From assembly GCA_964016885.1 (NCBI GenBank), contig CAXHJY010000769.1, positions 1-64,000 on the forward strand: DNA of 64,000 bases. Reading direction: 5' to 3'. Below are positions 1 through 13,475 of this stretch, one piece after another. The notes below the pieces were generated by a model. It had not been told where the DNA came from. It did no database searches and saw only the letters and a program-made list of their open reading frames with translations. Within the stretch, counting starts at the first letter, position 1. Every line of letters begins with the position of its first letter. Source of the DNA: Eledone cirrhosa. Its lineage: Eukaryota. The position numbers and the translations under genes are program-made.

Positions 1-628
1 ATACATATACATATACATATATACATATACATATATATATACATATTACATTACGTATATATATACATATACATACATATATATATGCATATACATACAT
101 ATATATATACATATACATACATATATATATACATATACATACATATATATATACATATAGATACATATATATATATACATATACATATATATATATATAC
201 ATATACATACATATATATATCATATACATACATATATATATATTCATATACATACATATATATATACATATACATACATATATATATACATATACATACA
301 TATATACATATATATACATATATATATATATATACATATATATATACATATATATATATACATATATATACATACATATATATATACATATATATATACA
401 TATATATATACATATATATATACATATATACATATATATATACATATATATATACATAATATATACATATATATACATATATATATATACATATATATAA
501 ATATATATATATACATATATATATACATATATACATATATATATACATATATATATACATATATACATATATATATACATATATATATATACATATATAT
601 ACATATATATATATACATATATATATAC

Positions 629-665
<37 letters not shown>

Positions 666-812
666 CATATATATACATACATATATACATATATATATAC
701 ATACATATATATATATATACATATATATACATATATATATACATATATATACATATATATATATACATATATATACATATATATACATATATATATATAT
801 ACATATATATAC

Positions 813-843
<31 letters not shown>

Positions 844-948
844 CATATATATATATATACATACATATATATATATATATACATACATATACATATATAT
901 ATACATACATATACATATATATACATATATATATATACATATATATAC

Positions 949-1029
<81 letters not shown>

Positions 1030-1030
1030 C

Positions 1031-1074
<44 letters not shown>

Positions 1075-1089
1075 GTATATATATATATG

Positions 1090-1156
<67 letters not shown>

Positions 1157-1187
1157 GTATATATATATATGTACATATATATATATG

Positions 1188-1218
<31 letters not shown>

Positions 1219-1269
1219 GTATATATATATGTATGTATATATATATATATGTACATATATATATATAGA

Positions 1270-1301
<32 letters not shown>

Positions 1302-1302
1302 G

Positions 1303-1338
<36 letters not shown>

Positions 1339-1356
1339 GTACATATATATATATAG

Positions 1357-1389
<33 letters not shown>

Positions 1390-1534
1390 CATATATATAT
1401 ACATATATATACATATATATATACATACATATATACATACATATATATATACATACATATATATATATACATACATATATATATACATACATATATACAT
1501 ACATATATATATACATACATATATATATATATAC

Positions 1535-1567
<33 letters not shown>

Positions 1568-2168
1568 CATATATATATACATATATATATATATATACAT
1601 ACATATATATATACATACATATATATATACATATATATACATACATATATATATCTACATATACATACATATATATATCTACATATACATACATATATAT
1701 ATCTACATATACATACATATATATATATATATCTACATATACATACATATATATACATATATATATTCGTATACATACATATACATATATAAATATAATA
1801 TATACATATATACACATATATATATACATATACATACATATACATATATATATATAATATATACATATACATATATACATATATACATATACATACATAT
1901 ATATATATATATAATATATGCATATACATATATATATATATATATATATACATATATAATATATACATATATAATATATACATATACATATATATACATA
2001 TATATAATATATACATATACATATATATATATACATATACATATATATATATACATATACATATATATATATACATATACATACATATATATATACATAT
2101 ACATACATATATATATATACATATACATATATATATATACATACATATACATACATACATATATATAT
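1..2168. repeat. Long imperfect (TA)n/(CATA)n/(TACA)n microsatellite
   Basis: Read directly from the sequence. It produces the spurious Y/I/M/C-rich ORFs. Confidence 0.98.
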
Positions 2169-2884
2169 ACAAGAACTCCCTACCAAATATCTGCTGCACA
2201 AAAGAGGAGGGCCAGCAGCTGACAATAAATGTAGGCTATGTAAAACAAAGATCGAGGATGTAAGCCACATTGTTGCCAGCTGCGAAAGAATGTCATCTCG
2301 CTACTACCTCCCCATGAGACACGATGGGATAGCTAGAACTATCTGGAACGCACTTCGGAAAACAAAATTAACAACAAACGAGGAAGAATATATTGAGACA
2401 GATGGCACTAAGGAATACTGGTGGAACCTGAAAATAAAAACTGCCACCAAATTAAAGCACAACCGGCCTGATATTGTAGTTTGGGACCACACATTGAAAA
2501 CGTGTTCTGTTGTGGAGATCAGCTGCCCACTTGATGTAAACGTTGTCAGAAAAATACAGGAGAAGGAGGACATCTACGGACCATTGATGAGGAGCTTACA
2601 AATCCAGTATCCAAGATACACCTTTAGCTTCATACCCATCATTATTGGTGCTACGGGTTATATACCAACCCGCTTGGACCAAAGTATGACCGAACTTGGA
2701 TTTGCGGACAAAAAGCGCAGCTCCCTAATTCATAGTCTACAAATGGCTGCGATAGCTGGCACCTTCAAAATATGCAAAACATTCTTGCGATTCAAGGGAT
2801 GACAATTTCTTTTCTTTTACAACCTTGCCACCAGGAAGGTGGCCGGTCAAAAAAATATACTCGAAATTAAGAGAAAGAGAAAAC
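2169..2884 (+). mobile_element. 5'-truncated R4/Dong-clade (RLE) non-LTR retrotransposon, 3' end
   Basis: Encodes the CCHC knuckle CRLC...HIVASC, then RHD and the RPDIVVWD...VVEISCP...K PD-(D/E)xK restriction-like endonuclease (ORF 2290-2802). The 3' UTR has a GCCACC-aggaa-GGTGGC hairpin. Flanked by TA repeats. Confidence 0.88.
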
Positions 2885-3338
2885 ATATATATACATACAT
2901 ATATATATACATATACATACATATATACATACACATATATATATATACATATACATACATACATACATATATATATATACATATATACATATATATATAC
3001 ATATATATATATACATATATATATATACACATACACATATATATATACACATACACATATATATATATATATACATACATACATATATATATATATACAT
3101 ATATATATACATATATGCATATATATATATACATATATATATACATATATGCATATATATATATACATATATATATACATATATACATATATATATACAT
3201 ATATATATACATATATATATACATATATATATACATATATATATATATACATATATACATATATATATATATACATATATATATACATATATATATACAT
3301 ATATATATACATATATATATATATACATATATATATAC

Positions 3339-3388
<50 letters not shown>

Positions 3389-3486
3389 ATACATATACAT
3401 ATATACATATACATATACATATATATATACATATACATATATACATATACATATATATATATATATACATATATATATACATATAC

Positions 3487-3537
<51 letters not shown>

Positions 3538-3594
3538 TATACATATATATACATACATATATATATGTATATATATATGTACATATATATATAC

Positions 3595-3625
<31 letters not shown>

Positions 3626-3660
3626 CATACATATATATATATATACATATATATATACAT
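2885..3660. repeat. (TA)n/(CATA)n microsatellite
   Basis: Read directly from the sequence. Confidence 0.97.
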
Positions 3661-4559
3661 AGGCTTGGCACTTGTTGGTATAAGACGTGAATTGTCGTCT
3701 CTCCGGATTTGAAATTTTAATATTTTAAATCGACAGTAATCGGATTTGTGTATGGTTTTAATTCTTCAGAGGACAAGGAAAACATACAAAAAAGATAAGT
3801 TTTTGTGCTTTGACGCAATTATTTTGAAGTATATTTTACATATATTACCGTTTTGAACATGTTTATTTTCACTGTATGATTCCTTCATAGGAGACAACAC
3901 ACACACGTGCTTTCTATTTTTGTTTGTCTACCATACAGAACATTTTGGTTTAACTTAAGCAGATCTTGTATTAATTTTGATTTTTCTGAGTAACATAATT
4001 TAATTTGATATAATCTTGTTTGATTTGGTATAACCTTATCTGTATTTGACCCGATTTCGTTGTTTCTTGTATGATATGCTGATATTACAATAACTTCGTA
4101 TATTTGTAAACAGACACTTACATTCGGCTTATATATACAACTTACATCGTGTTTCTATATCTCTATGTTTCCGGTTTCTTCCATTCATTAATTTAAATTA
4201 AAAAATTTATTTTTATATTTATGAACTGCTGTTGCTCACGCTGTCTCTATCTCTCTCCTTCCTTCCTCCCTCTCTCTCTCTCTCGATCAACGAGCTCTCT
4301 TTCTCCCTCTCTCTAGATCAACGAGCTCTCTCTCTCTCTCTCTATCTATCTCCTCTCTCTCTCCCTCTGACCCCCCCCCACTCTTCTCGCTATCTCTCTC
4401 GCTCCCCCTCTTCTGTCTCCCCCTTTTCTTTTCTTTTCTTCTGTTTCTCTTTCTTTTTCTCTCGCTGGAGTTATATCTCTATCTCCCTCCCTCACTCTGT
4501 CCCTCTCTAACCTCTACCCTACACTTCCCACTGTCTCTCTTTCTCCCCTCCACAGCGAA

Positions 4560-5519
4560 ATGGACTGCATGCAGGAAAAATGTGAAATCAGGAGTCAACG
4601 AAACTGGTCGAAGATGGAACTAGCGGTTTTGATCAAGGGGTGGACTATGGCTGATGGGTCTCCACCAAGCAAAAAGATGGCGGAGAACCTGAAGAGCCAT
4701 GGGTTTCTGAGGACCCTGGTACAGATAGAGAGAAAGAGAAAAAAAATTGAGAAGGCGTATGTCCTCATAGCGCCTCATATGGCGATGCTAAGCCGTGTCC
4801 TCAGGGAGGAGAAAATCGAAGGGAGGGATGAGGAGAAGGAGAGGGAAAAGGAAGAGGAAAAAGAAAAAGAAAAAGAAAAAGAAAAGGAGGAGAGCACAAG
4901 CACGGACCTGAAAGAAAATGATATACCCTCCGCTACAGGCAGGGAGGGCAGGCCGGGCAACCAACAAGCTAAGGGCAAAGGTGAAAAGCGAAATCACCTT
5001 CCGAAGGAGAACCAAGTGCAGAGGGACCAGTGGACAACTGTTCAAAGAAAGAACAGAAAGCACCGAGACACTGGGAGCAAAAAACCCCAAGTAATGTGCA
5101 AGTTTTTCAAGAACGGGACATGCTGGCATGGAGAGACAGGGATGGGATGCAGATTCGCCCACCCTAGGTCTCAAACGAACTATGCCCATCATACTCGCGC
5201 AACATGCCCCAGCCTAAGCCGAAATAAGCCGCTCCAGAAGTATGCTGATGTCGCGCGTGCTGCACCAACAAGGAGAAGGCACGCACATGCCGACGAGATA
5301 CAGATGGCAGCAGCAGATCAGAAAAATTTTTTAGTGATGGCAGAGAAGATTGTGGGACAGCTGACCTGGCTGCATCGTCTCAAGAGCCAGGGTCATCCAC
5401 ACCAGCACTCGAGACCACCGCAGTTAAGGGACCCAGAGTGGCCACCGCTGACACCAGACCAGGTGTCATACCGACAGCCATTACTGGCACCCCAAAAGTC
5501 ACACCAGTGCTGCTGCTGA
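4560..5519 (+). CDS. LINE ORF1: N-terminal Myb/SANT(trihelix)-like segment, E/K-rich linker, CCCH zinc finger
   Basis: WSKMELAVLIKGW...MAENLKSHGFLRTLVQIERKRKKI resembles the trihelix Myb/SANT pattern. CKFFKNGTCWHGETGMGCRFAH is C-x7-C-x8-C-x3-H. Confidence 0.75.
   Translation: MDCMQEKCEIRSQRNWSKMELAVLIKGWTMADGSPPSKKMAENLKSHGFLRTLVQIERKRKKIEKAYVLIAPHMAMLSRVLREEKIEGRDEEKEREKEEEKEKEKEKEKEESTSTDLKENDIPSATGREGRPGNQQAKGKGEKRNHLPKENQVQRDQWTTVQRKNRKHRDTGSKKPQVMCKFFKNGTCWHGETGMGCRFAHPRSQTNYAHHTRATCPSLSRNKPLQKYADVARAAPTRRRHAHADEIQMAAADQKNFLVMAEKIVGQLTWLHRLKSQGHPHQHSRPPQLRDPEWPPLTPDQVSYRQPLLAPQKSHQCCC
5324..5395 (+). promoter_or_regulatory. Candidate -1 programmed ribosomal frameshift site with downstream stem/pseudoknot
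   Basis: In ORF1 frame AAA AAT TTT TTA gives heptamers A AAT TTT (5324-5330) and T TTT TTA (5327-5333). The -1 frame is open into ORF2. TGACCTGGCT (5362-5371) pairs with AGCCAGGGTCA (5385-5395). Confidence 0.6.
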
Positions 5520-8458
5520 ATGTCAGGGGCCTGGTGAAACTCAGCAACATGAGTAAAATTTCCTACCTGGGAGACTTAGCCATAAGCAATCAAGCACTAT
5601 GCATGGCACTAACCGAAACGCACCTGACAAGCAGTATAGCAGATGCAGAAATACATATACCGAAATATACTGTATTTCGTTCGGACAGGAAGGAGAGAAC
5701 TCATGGTGGGGTTGCTCTGTATATCCGTGAAGATGTCACACCAATTGTACTGTTGACACATTCAAACTCAGTCTGTGACACACTGATAATACATATGAAG
5801 CAACTACAGACGGTAATATGTGTCACATATCGGTCGCCCGATGCCTCCAGTCATGAGGGTAAATTTGAGGATAGCCTAAGTAGGATAGAAGAGGTCCTTG
5901 ACAAACTGGACCAGGGTCTCAACATCCTACTGCTGGGAGACTTCAACCTACCAAAGGTCAAATGGCCTGAGGGCCACCTCCTCCCTGGAATGACGTCAAT
6001 AGAACAGAGACAGACGGAATCCCTGCTGGCCCTCACACACAGGCTGTTCATGGAGCAAGCAATACTCCTCCCAACAAGAGGCGAAAATGTCCTGGACCTC
6101 TGTTTTACAAACAACGAAGTGCTCATCCACAATGTAAAGGTGACACCAACAATTCTCTCGGATCATAACTTGGTAGAGCTAATGATATGTGGTCCAAGAG
6201 AACCAACAGAGACAAAACCACCAAGAAGCTCCGGGACGCTATCCAGCCTTAACTTCTACGGGGCTGACTGGAAGAAGATTAAGAGTGAAATCCGGAAGCA
6301 AACATGGAGTGCAAACATCGCCACACAAGACACTAACACACAATTTCAACACTTCATGACAACGATACACACCATATGCAAAAAGTGTGTCCCGGAGAAA
6401 GAGGCAAACAGACACAAAAATCTTATTCCCAGAGATAGAACTAAACTCTCAAACCAGTTGAATAGTCAACAAAACCAAAACAAGAAGGAATCCTATTTGA
6501 AACGTGCACTACTTGACACCGAGATTGCACTCAAGCTTTCACATGAGAATGAGAGGGCAAGGAAAGAGAACAGGGCCATAGAAAACATTAAAACAAACCC
6601 TAAGGCCTTCTTTAAATTTGCAAAAGAAACTGCCTCAGTACACTGCAAGATTGGACCACTCTTCCACACGGACGGTTCATTAACCGAAAATCCCCAAGAG
6701 ATATGTGAAATACTGAACGAACAGTACAAAAGTGTCTTCACATGTCCACTGAGGCACATGCAAATAACGAAGCCAGAGGAGTTCTTTGATGCCACAACAC
6801 TACATCAAGAAATGGCAACCATCAACCACATAGACATAACGGAGGAGGATGTGGTGTACGCCATTGATGAAATTAGAACAGACTCGGCTGCTGGACCTGA
6901 TGGATTCCCAGCAGTTCTCCTAAAAATATGTAAGCGGGCCTTAGCAACTCCACTGAAGATGCTCTTCAGAAGCTCCTTGGCTAGCGGTGTACTACCCAGG
7001 GAGCTGAAAGAAGGCACAATATGCCCTATCCATAAAGGAGGTAGTAGAGCGGAGGCCAAGAACTATAGGCTAGTCTCCCTGACGTCGCATATCAGTAAGG
7101 TCATGGAGCGAGTCGTCAGAAAGAAACTAATCACTTTCCTCGAAGAAAATGACCGCCTGACTAGCACGCAACATGGCTTCCACCCAGGAAGAAGCTGCCT
7201 TACACAGCTGCTACATCACTACGACTGGGTACTGAGACAACTACTAGACAGCTCACATGTAGACGTGATATATCTTGACTTTGCGAAGGCCTTTGACAAG
7301 GTCGACCACGGAATGATATGTCACAAACTACACGGACTCGGCATAACTGGAAAAGTAGGTGAGTGGCTGCATGGCTTCCTAAGGGACAGAAGCCAGGCAG
7401 TCGCAGCAAATGGGGCCCTCTCGAGGGAAACACCGATAACAAGTGGGGTGCCTCAGGGGACAGTCCTGGGACCACTACTGTTTTTGGTGGCTCTCTCGGA
7501 CATGCCCTCTGTGGTGCATGCAACAACATCCCTCACTAGCTATGCTGATGACACTAAGGTAGCACAGGCAATCAAAAACCCGGATGACGCTGCCCTCTTA
7601 CAGCAGGATGTGGATGCCATATACAGATGGGCGGAAGAAAACAACATGCAGTTTAATGCTGGCAAATTCCAAGCCCTACAATACAAACCTGCAAACACAA
7701 ACACAAATATAGCGGAACACAGCTACACAGGACCAGGAGGGACCGATATCCCCGTGTCAAAATCGATACGAGACCTGGGCATAGACATGAGCGATGATGC
7801 ATCTTTTTCTTCACACATCATGAAGGTGGCGACAGCATGTAGACGATTCGCTGGCTGGATCTTGAGGACTTTCTTTACAAGAGATCGAGACACCATGTTG
7901 ACACTGTGGAGGACTTTTGTCCTAAGCCGCCTGGACTACTGCTCCCAGCTGTGGTCACCCCATAGTGTCAAACTAACCACGGAGCTTGAGGCAATCCAGC
8001 GAAGCTACACCAAGAGGATTGCCAAGATGAGGGAGACAAGCTACTGGGAGAGGCTGAAGGAACTGAACTTCTACTCCTTGGAGCGAAGACGGGAGAGATA
8101 CGCAGTGATCTACATGTGGAAAATCCTGGAGGGACTAGCACCAAACTTTGGCATTGGGAGCTGGACCAACTGTCGAACAGGACGTCATTGTGTGGTGCCA
8201 AAGGTCCCGTCTTCCACATCTAGAATAAGGAGCAGGTATTGCAATAGCCTGGGATTCAAGGGCCCTCAACTCTTCAACAGGCTGCCGAGGCATCTGCGAG
8301 ACTTGCATGACATGGAGGTGGATGTCTTTAAGAAACATCTCGACACCTTGTTATCCAGGATCCCGGATGAGCCCACAGCAAGACACGAGGGAAACCTAAG
8401 GGCAGCAGCAACAAACTCCCTCCTACACCAGTGGCCAACCTATACAGGCTGGAGATAA
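5438..8458 (+). CDS. LINE ORF2: APE endonuclease + reverse transcriptase (frame open from 5249, no AUG before the APE domain)
   Basis: APE motifs [25 protein letters not shown] motifs [25 protein letters not shown]. No internal stop. Confidence 0.93.
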   Translation: MATADTRPGVIPTAITGTPKVTPVLLLNVRGLVKLSNMSKISYLGDLAISNQALCMALTETHLTSSIADAEIHIPKYTVFRSDRKERTHGGVALYIREDVTPIVLLTHSNSVCDTLIIHMKQLQTVICVTYRSPDASSHEGKFEDSLSRIEEVLDKLDQGLNILLLGDFNLPKVKWPEGHLLPGMTSIEQRQTESLLALTHRLFMEQAILLPTRGENVLDLCFTNNEVLIHNVKVTPTILSDHNLVELMICGPREPTETKPPRSSGTLSSLNFYGADWKKIKSEIRKQTWSANIATQDTNTQFQHFMTTIHTICKKCVPEKEANRHKNLIPRDRTKLSNQLNSQQNQNKKESYLKRALLDTEIALKLSHENERARKENRAIENIKTNPKAFFKFAKETASVHCKIGPLFHTDGSLTENPQEICEILNEQYKSVFTCPLRHMQITKPEEFFDATTLHQEMATINHIDITEEDVVYAIDEIRTDSAAGPDGFPAVLLKICKRALATPLKMLFRSSLASGVLPRELKEGTICPIHKGGSRAEAKNYRLVSLTSHISKVMERVVRKKLITFLEENDRLTSTQHGFHPGRSCLTQLLHHYDWVLRQLLDSSHVDVIYLDFAKAFDKVDHGMICHKLHGLGITGKVGEWLHGFLRDRSQAVAANGALSRETPITSGVPQGTVLGPLLFLVALSDMPSVVHATTSLTSYADDTKVAQAIKNPDDAALLQQDVDAIYRWAEENNMQFNAGKFQALQYKPANTNTNIAEHSYTGPGGTDIPVSKSIRDLGIDMSDDASFSSHIMKVATACRRFAGWILRTFFTRDRDTMLTLWRTFVLSRLDYCSQLWSPHSVKLTTELEAIQRSYTKRIAKMRETSYWERLKELNFYSLERRRERYAVIYMWKILEGLAPNFGIGSWTNCRTGRHCVVPKVPSSTSRIRSRYCNSLGFKGPQLFNRLPRHLRDLHDMEVDVFKKHLDTLLSRIPDEPTARHEGNLRAAATNSLLHQWPTYTGWR

Positions 8459-8532
8459 AATGTGTAGCAACAAGGGCGGTGCCCCAGCATGGCCTCAGCC
8501 GGATGGCTGAAACAGGTAAAAGAGTAATAGAG

Positions 8533-9589
<1,057 letters not shown>

Positions 9590-9663
9590 GATGGCTGCCC
9601 CCTCGTTATCGAGTATGGCCATTGCACAATAAAAAAAAAAAAAAATAAAAAAAAATAAAAAAA

Positions 9664-9700
<37 letters not shown>

Positions 9701-9779
9701 GAAATAATAATAATAACGACAACAACAATAATAATATACATATTCATATATATATACACACACACGCACGCACATAAGC

Positions 9780-9819
<40 letters not shown>

Positions 9820-12800
9820 GATAGCAACTAACAGTGCTGCGATCGAATGTGGCTTTTTAGCCCAGCCAATGATCCAAAATGTCTTGCACAGAGTCGGCAA
9901 CCAAAACATTTACTGGGAATAGTCGGCTGTGGTTGGAGTTCGTGTACTTTTGCATGTCGCTTGAGTCCTCCTGCTGATTTACATTCTCTACCACATGTTT
10001 GGCAAGCATGATGAGTAGCATCTCCAACAGCAGCCTGGTAGTCAACCACTGGTCTTACTTTATGACTGCGAAGATGACTTTCGAGTCCAGCTTTGCTTAG
10101 GCAGAGTCTCGCACAGACGCTGCATGTCAGAAACATAGGAGGACCCTCGCCGTCTGGAAGTGCAACAGCAATACCCTTCCTCACGTCCCGCTTTACTTTC
10201 TCGTGTGCGATTCGAGATGCCTCAAAGGCAACTTTTCCCTCATATACAGTCTTTCTCCATTTATTACGATCAGCAGCAATATTTTCCCATGTATCAGCAG
10301 AGATGTTAGCGTCTTTCAGAGAGGCCTTCAAGGAATCCTTATACCTCTTTTTTGGTTTATGTGGCGGTCGTTTTCCTTTAACCAACTCTCCATAGAAGAG
10401 TTGTTTTGGTATTCTAGAATCCTTCATCCTGGCAAGGTGACCACTCCAACGGAGTCGCTGCTTAAGCACAAGAGCTTCTATACTGTCACACATAGAGCTT
10501 TCCAAAATCTCGACATCACTGATGTGGTCCCTCCAGCGAACGCCATGTATCCGTCTGAGACACATCTGATGGAAACGCTCCAATTGCTTAAGGTGGCGTC
10601 GATATGTGACCCAGGTCTCGCAGGCATAAAGAAGACAAGAGAGTACACATGCCCTGTACACCTTTACCTTTGTCCTCCTGCATATGTCTCGCCGACCCCA
10701 GAGTCGCCTTTCTAGCTTTCCGAAAGCATCACTTGCTTTCCTAATCCTAAGTGAGATTTCACTGTCAAGGTTGCCGTATCGATTGACAGTGCTTCCCAGG
10801 TAGACAAACTGATCAACCACTCCAAGTCGTTTGCCATACACATAGATGTTTGGTTCAGTGTACTGCCTACCAGGTGCAGGTTGGTACATGACGACGGTTT
10901 TCTTGAGACTGACAGTCAAACCCAGGGCAGTGCAAGCGTCAGAAAATACATTCAAAATGTGCTGCATATCACTCTCTGTGTGCGCTACAAGATCGCAATC
11001 ATCTGCATACAAGAGGTCTCTTATGACTGATGTAAATACTTTTGTCTTCGCAGCAAAGCGCCTGATGTTAAATATGCTGCCTGAGGTTCGATATCGGATG
11101 TAAACACCATGCTCGCAATTCCTGAATGCAATACAGAAAACCATTGCAAAGTATATGGCAAACAGGGTCGGTGCTGGAATATCCCCCTGTTTCACTCCAT
11201 TTTTTACTGAGATAGGCTCCGACATGTTACCTCCGACATTAACCCAAGCCTTCATGTCGTCATGGAAAGACCTAACTAAAGCAAGGAACTTATCAGGGCA
11301 ACCAAGTTTCTGGAGAACCTTCCATAATGCATCTCTGTTGACAGTATCGAAAGCCTTTGTCAGATCGACAAAAACCTGATACAGATCCAAGCCCTGTTCA
11401 ATGCACTTCTCCTGGAGCTGTCTAGCTGAGAAGATCATATCAGTAGTGCCGCGTCCAACACGAAAACCAGATTGACTTTCAGGAAGGACACAATCTGCAA
11501 TGTGTGTCAGCAGACGGTCCAGAAGCACCCTACATAAAACTTTCCCCACGACAGAAAGCAATGATATACCTCTGTAGTTCCCACAATCATTCCTGTTACC
11601 CTTTCCCTTGTACAAGACCACCATTACTGCATCTCTCCAGTCCTCAGGCACGGATTCATTAGCCCATATCCTTCCAAACAGAGAGTGAAGATGTTGCAGG
11701 AGTCTCTCACCACCATATTGTAGGAGCTCAGCATGTATGCCATCCATACCTGGAGATCTTCCACTGTTCAGCTTCGAAATAGCCACTGCAACCTCCACAA
11801 GTGTCGGAGGCTCTGCGAGAGCTACTTTCACAGGACTTTCCGGAATGAGATTGAGGAAATCTTCACTGACGACAGACGGCTGATTCAAAAGATCATCAAA
11901 GTGCTCCCGCCACCTTCGTAGAATTCCCTGTGAGTCACGAAGAAGTTCTTTGCCATCCTTGCTGCGAATCGGTGTCACCAGAGAAGAAGACGGTCCATAA
12001 ACCTCACGCAAGAGACTGTACAACAGCTTTGTGTTATTGCAATCAGACGCAGTTTGTATCTCACCAGCCTTCTCACTCCACCACTGATCCTTCATCTGAG
12101 AAAGACTCCGCCTAACACGTGATTTTACATCCCTGAGCTCCTCATGCAACGTATTCCTCTCCTGTGGTCTTGCCGTCAAGTAGCGTGACAGAGCGCGCCT
12201 CTTATCAGCCAACAAGTCATCTATATGCACATCTTTCTCATTAAACCAGTCCTGATGTTTTCTCTGCACCAATCCCAGAACACGTCTGCCTACATCATAA
12301 ACCGACTTTTTAAGGGTCGGCCAATCCTCACCAAGATCTGCAGCCTGCATCTCTTCTTCCAATGTCCTCTTCACATTTTTATCCTTAAGACGAGCAGCAT
12401 TCAATCTTTTGGGCAGGGTAACACCAGGAGCCCGGATTTTACGTTTGGTGATTAGATTCACTTTTGCGCGTACCAGGCGGTGGTCCGTCCAGCACTCAGC
12501 TCCACGAAGAACACGAACACACCGCACATCCTGTCTGTCACGCATCCTGACTAGGACGTAGTCCAAAAGATGCCATTCCTTAGATGCAGGATGCATCCAT
12601 GTGGTCTTGAATTTGTTCTTTTGTTGGAACATGGTGTTGGTAACACACAGATCCAGCTCCTCACACATCTGCAGCAAGAGCATACCATTGCTGTTACACT
12701 TTCCCACCCCATGCCTTCCGATTACATTCCATGTGTTAAAATCCCTACCCACTCTAGCATTAAAGTCACCAAGCACGATGACTTTGTCTGCCTGAGGGAT

Positions 12801-13440
12801 ATTTCTTAAAACACCTTTCAAGGCATGGTAAAAGGACAGTTTTTCTTCATCGACAGAATTCATAGTTGGAGCATACACACTCACCAGGGTAGCATATCTT
12901 CCCTTGTCCAGCGGAACTCTCATGGACATAAGACGCTCACTAATCCCCACTGGGAATTCTTCCAATTTATTCACCAGTACAGTCTTAACAGCAAATCCTA
13001 CCCCAGCCTCTCTTCTGGTTCCTTCATCTCTTCCTTTCCAGAAGAATGTATATTCTCCACAAAATTCCGTAAGATGACCATCTCCAGCTAACCTCGTCTC
13101 AGACAAAGCCACGATGTCAAGATCGTAACGTCGAAGCTCCTTCGCAACAAGAGCGGTCCTTCGTTCAGGACGCTCCAAAGAATCCCTGTCAAGCAGCGTC
13201 CGTACGTTCCAGCAGCCAAGACTAAATGCCCTGTTTGGCTCTATTACAATGGCACGATGACGGGCGGGCCCAGGTTGTGATAACTTGGGGCCCCTGCCCT
13301 TATTGCCAATGATCTTTTTTGTTCCAGAACCCAAATTGGCAATTATCTCGTTTACATTGTTCTGGAACATCATTGAATTGGAAAAAAAAAAAAAAAAAAA
13401 AAGGGAGAAAAAAAAAAAAAAAAAAAAAAAAGTAATAATA

Positions 13441-13475
<35 letters not shown>

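Larger units (their letters stand above)
3661..8532 (+). mobile_element. Apparently full-length CR1/L2-group LINE (5' UTR with (CT)n tract, ORF1, ORF2 APE-RT, short 3' tail)
   Basis: Two overlapping ORFs. 3' tail GGCGGTGCCCCAGCATGGCC...GCTGAAACAGGTAAAAGAG. Bounded by TA arrays. The 5' boundary is inferred. Confidence 0.85.

Noticed and set aside
51-3712. Long Y/I/M/C/V/H-rich ORFs here and in every other TA array
   Set aside because: Alternating purine-pyrimidine microsatellites lack stop codons. The ORFs occur in all frames and have no domain content.
3763-3769. Minus-strand CTGAAGA as a hammerhead core
   Set aside because: No stem II or GAAA at a suitable distance.
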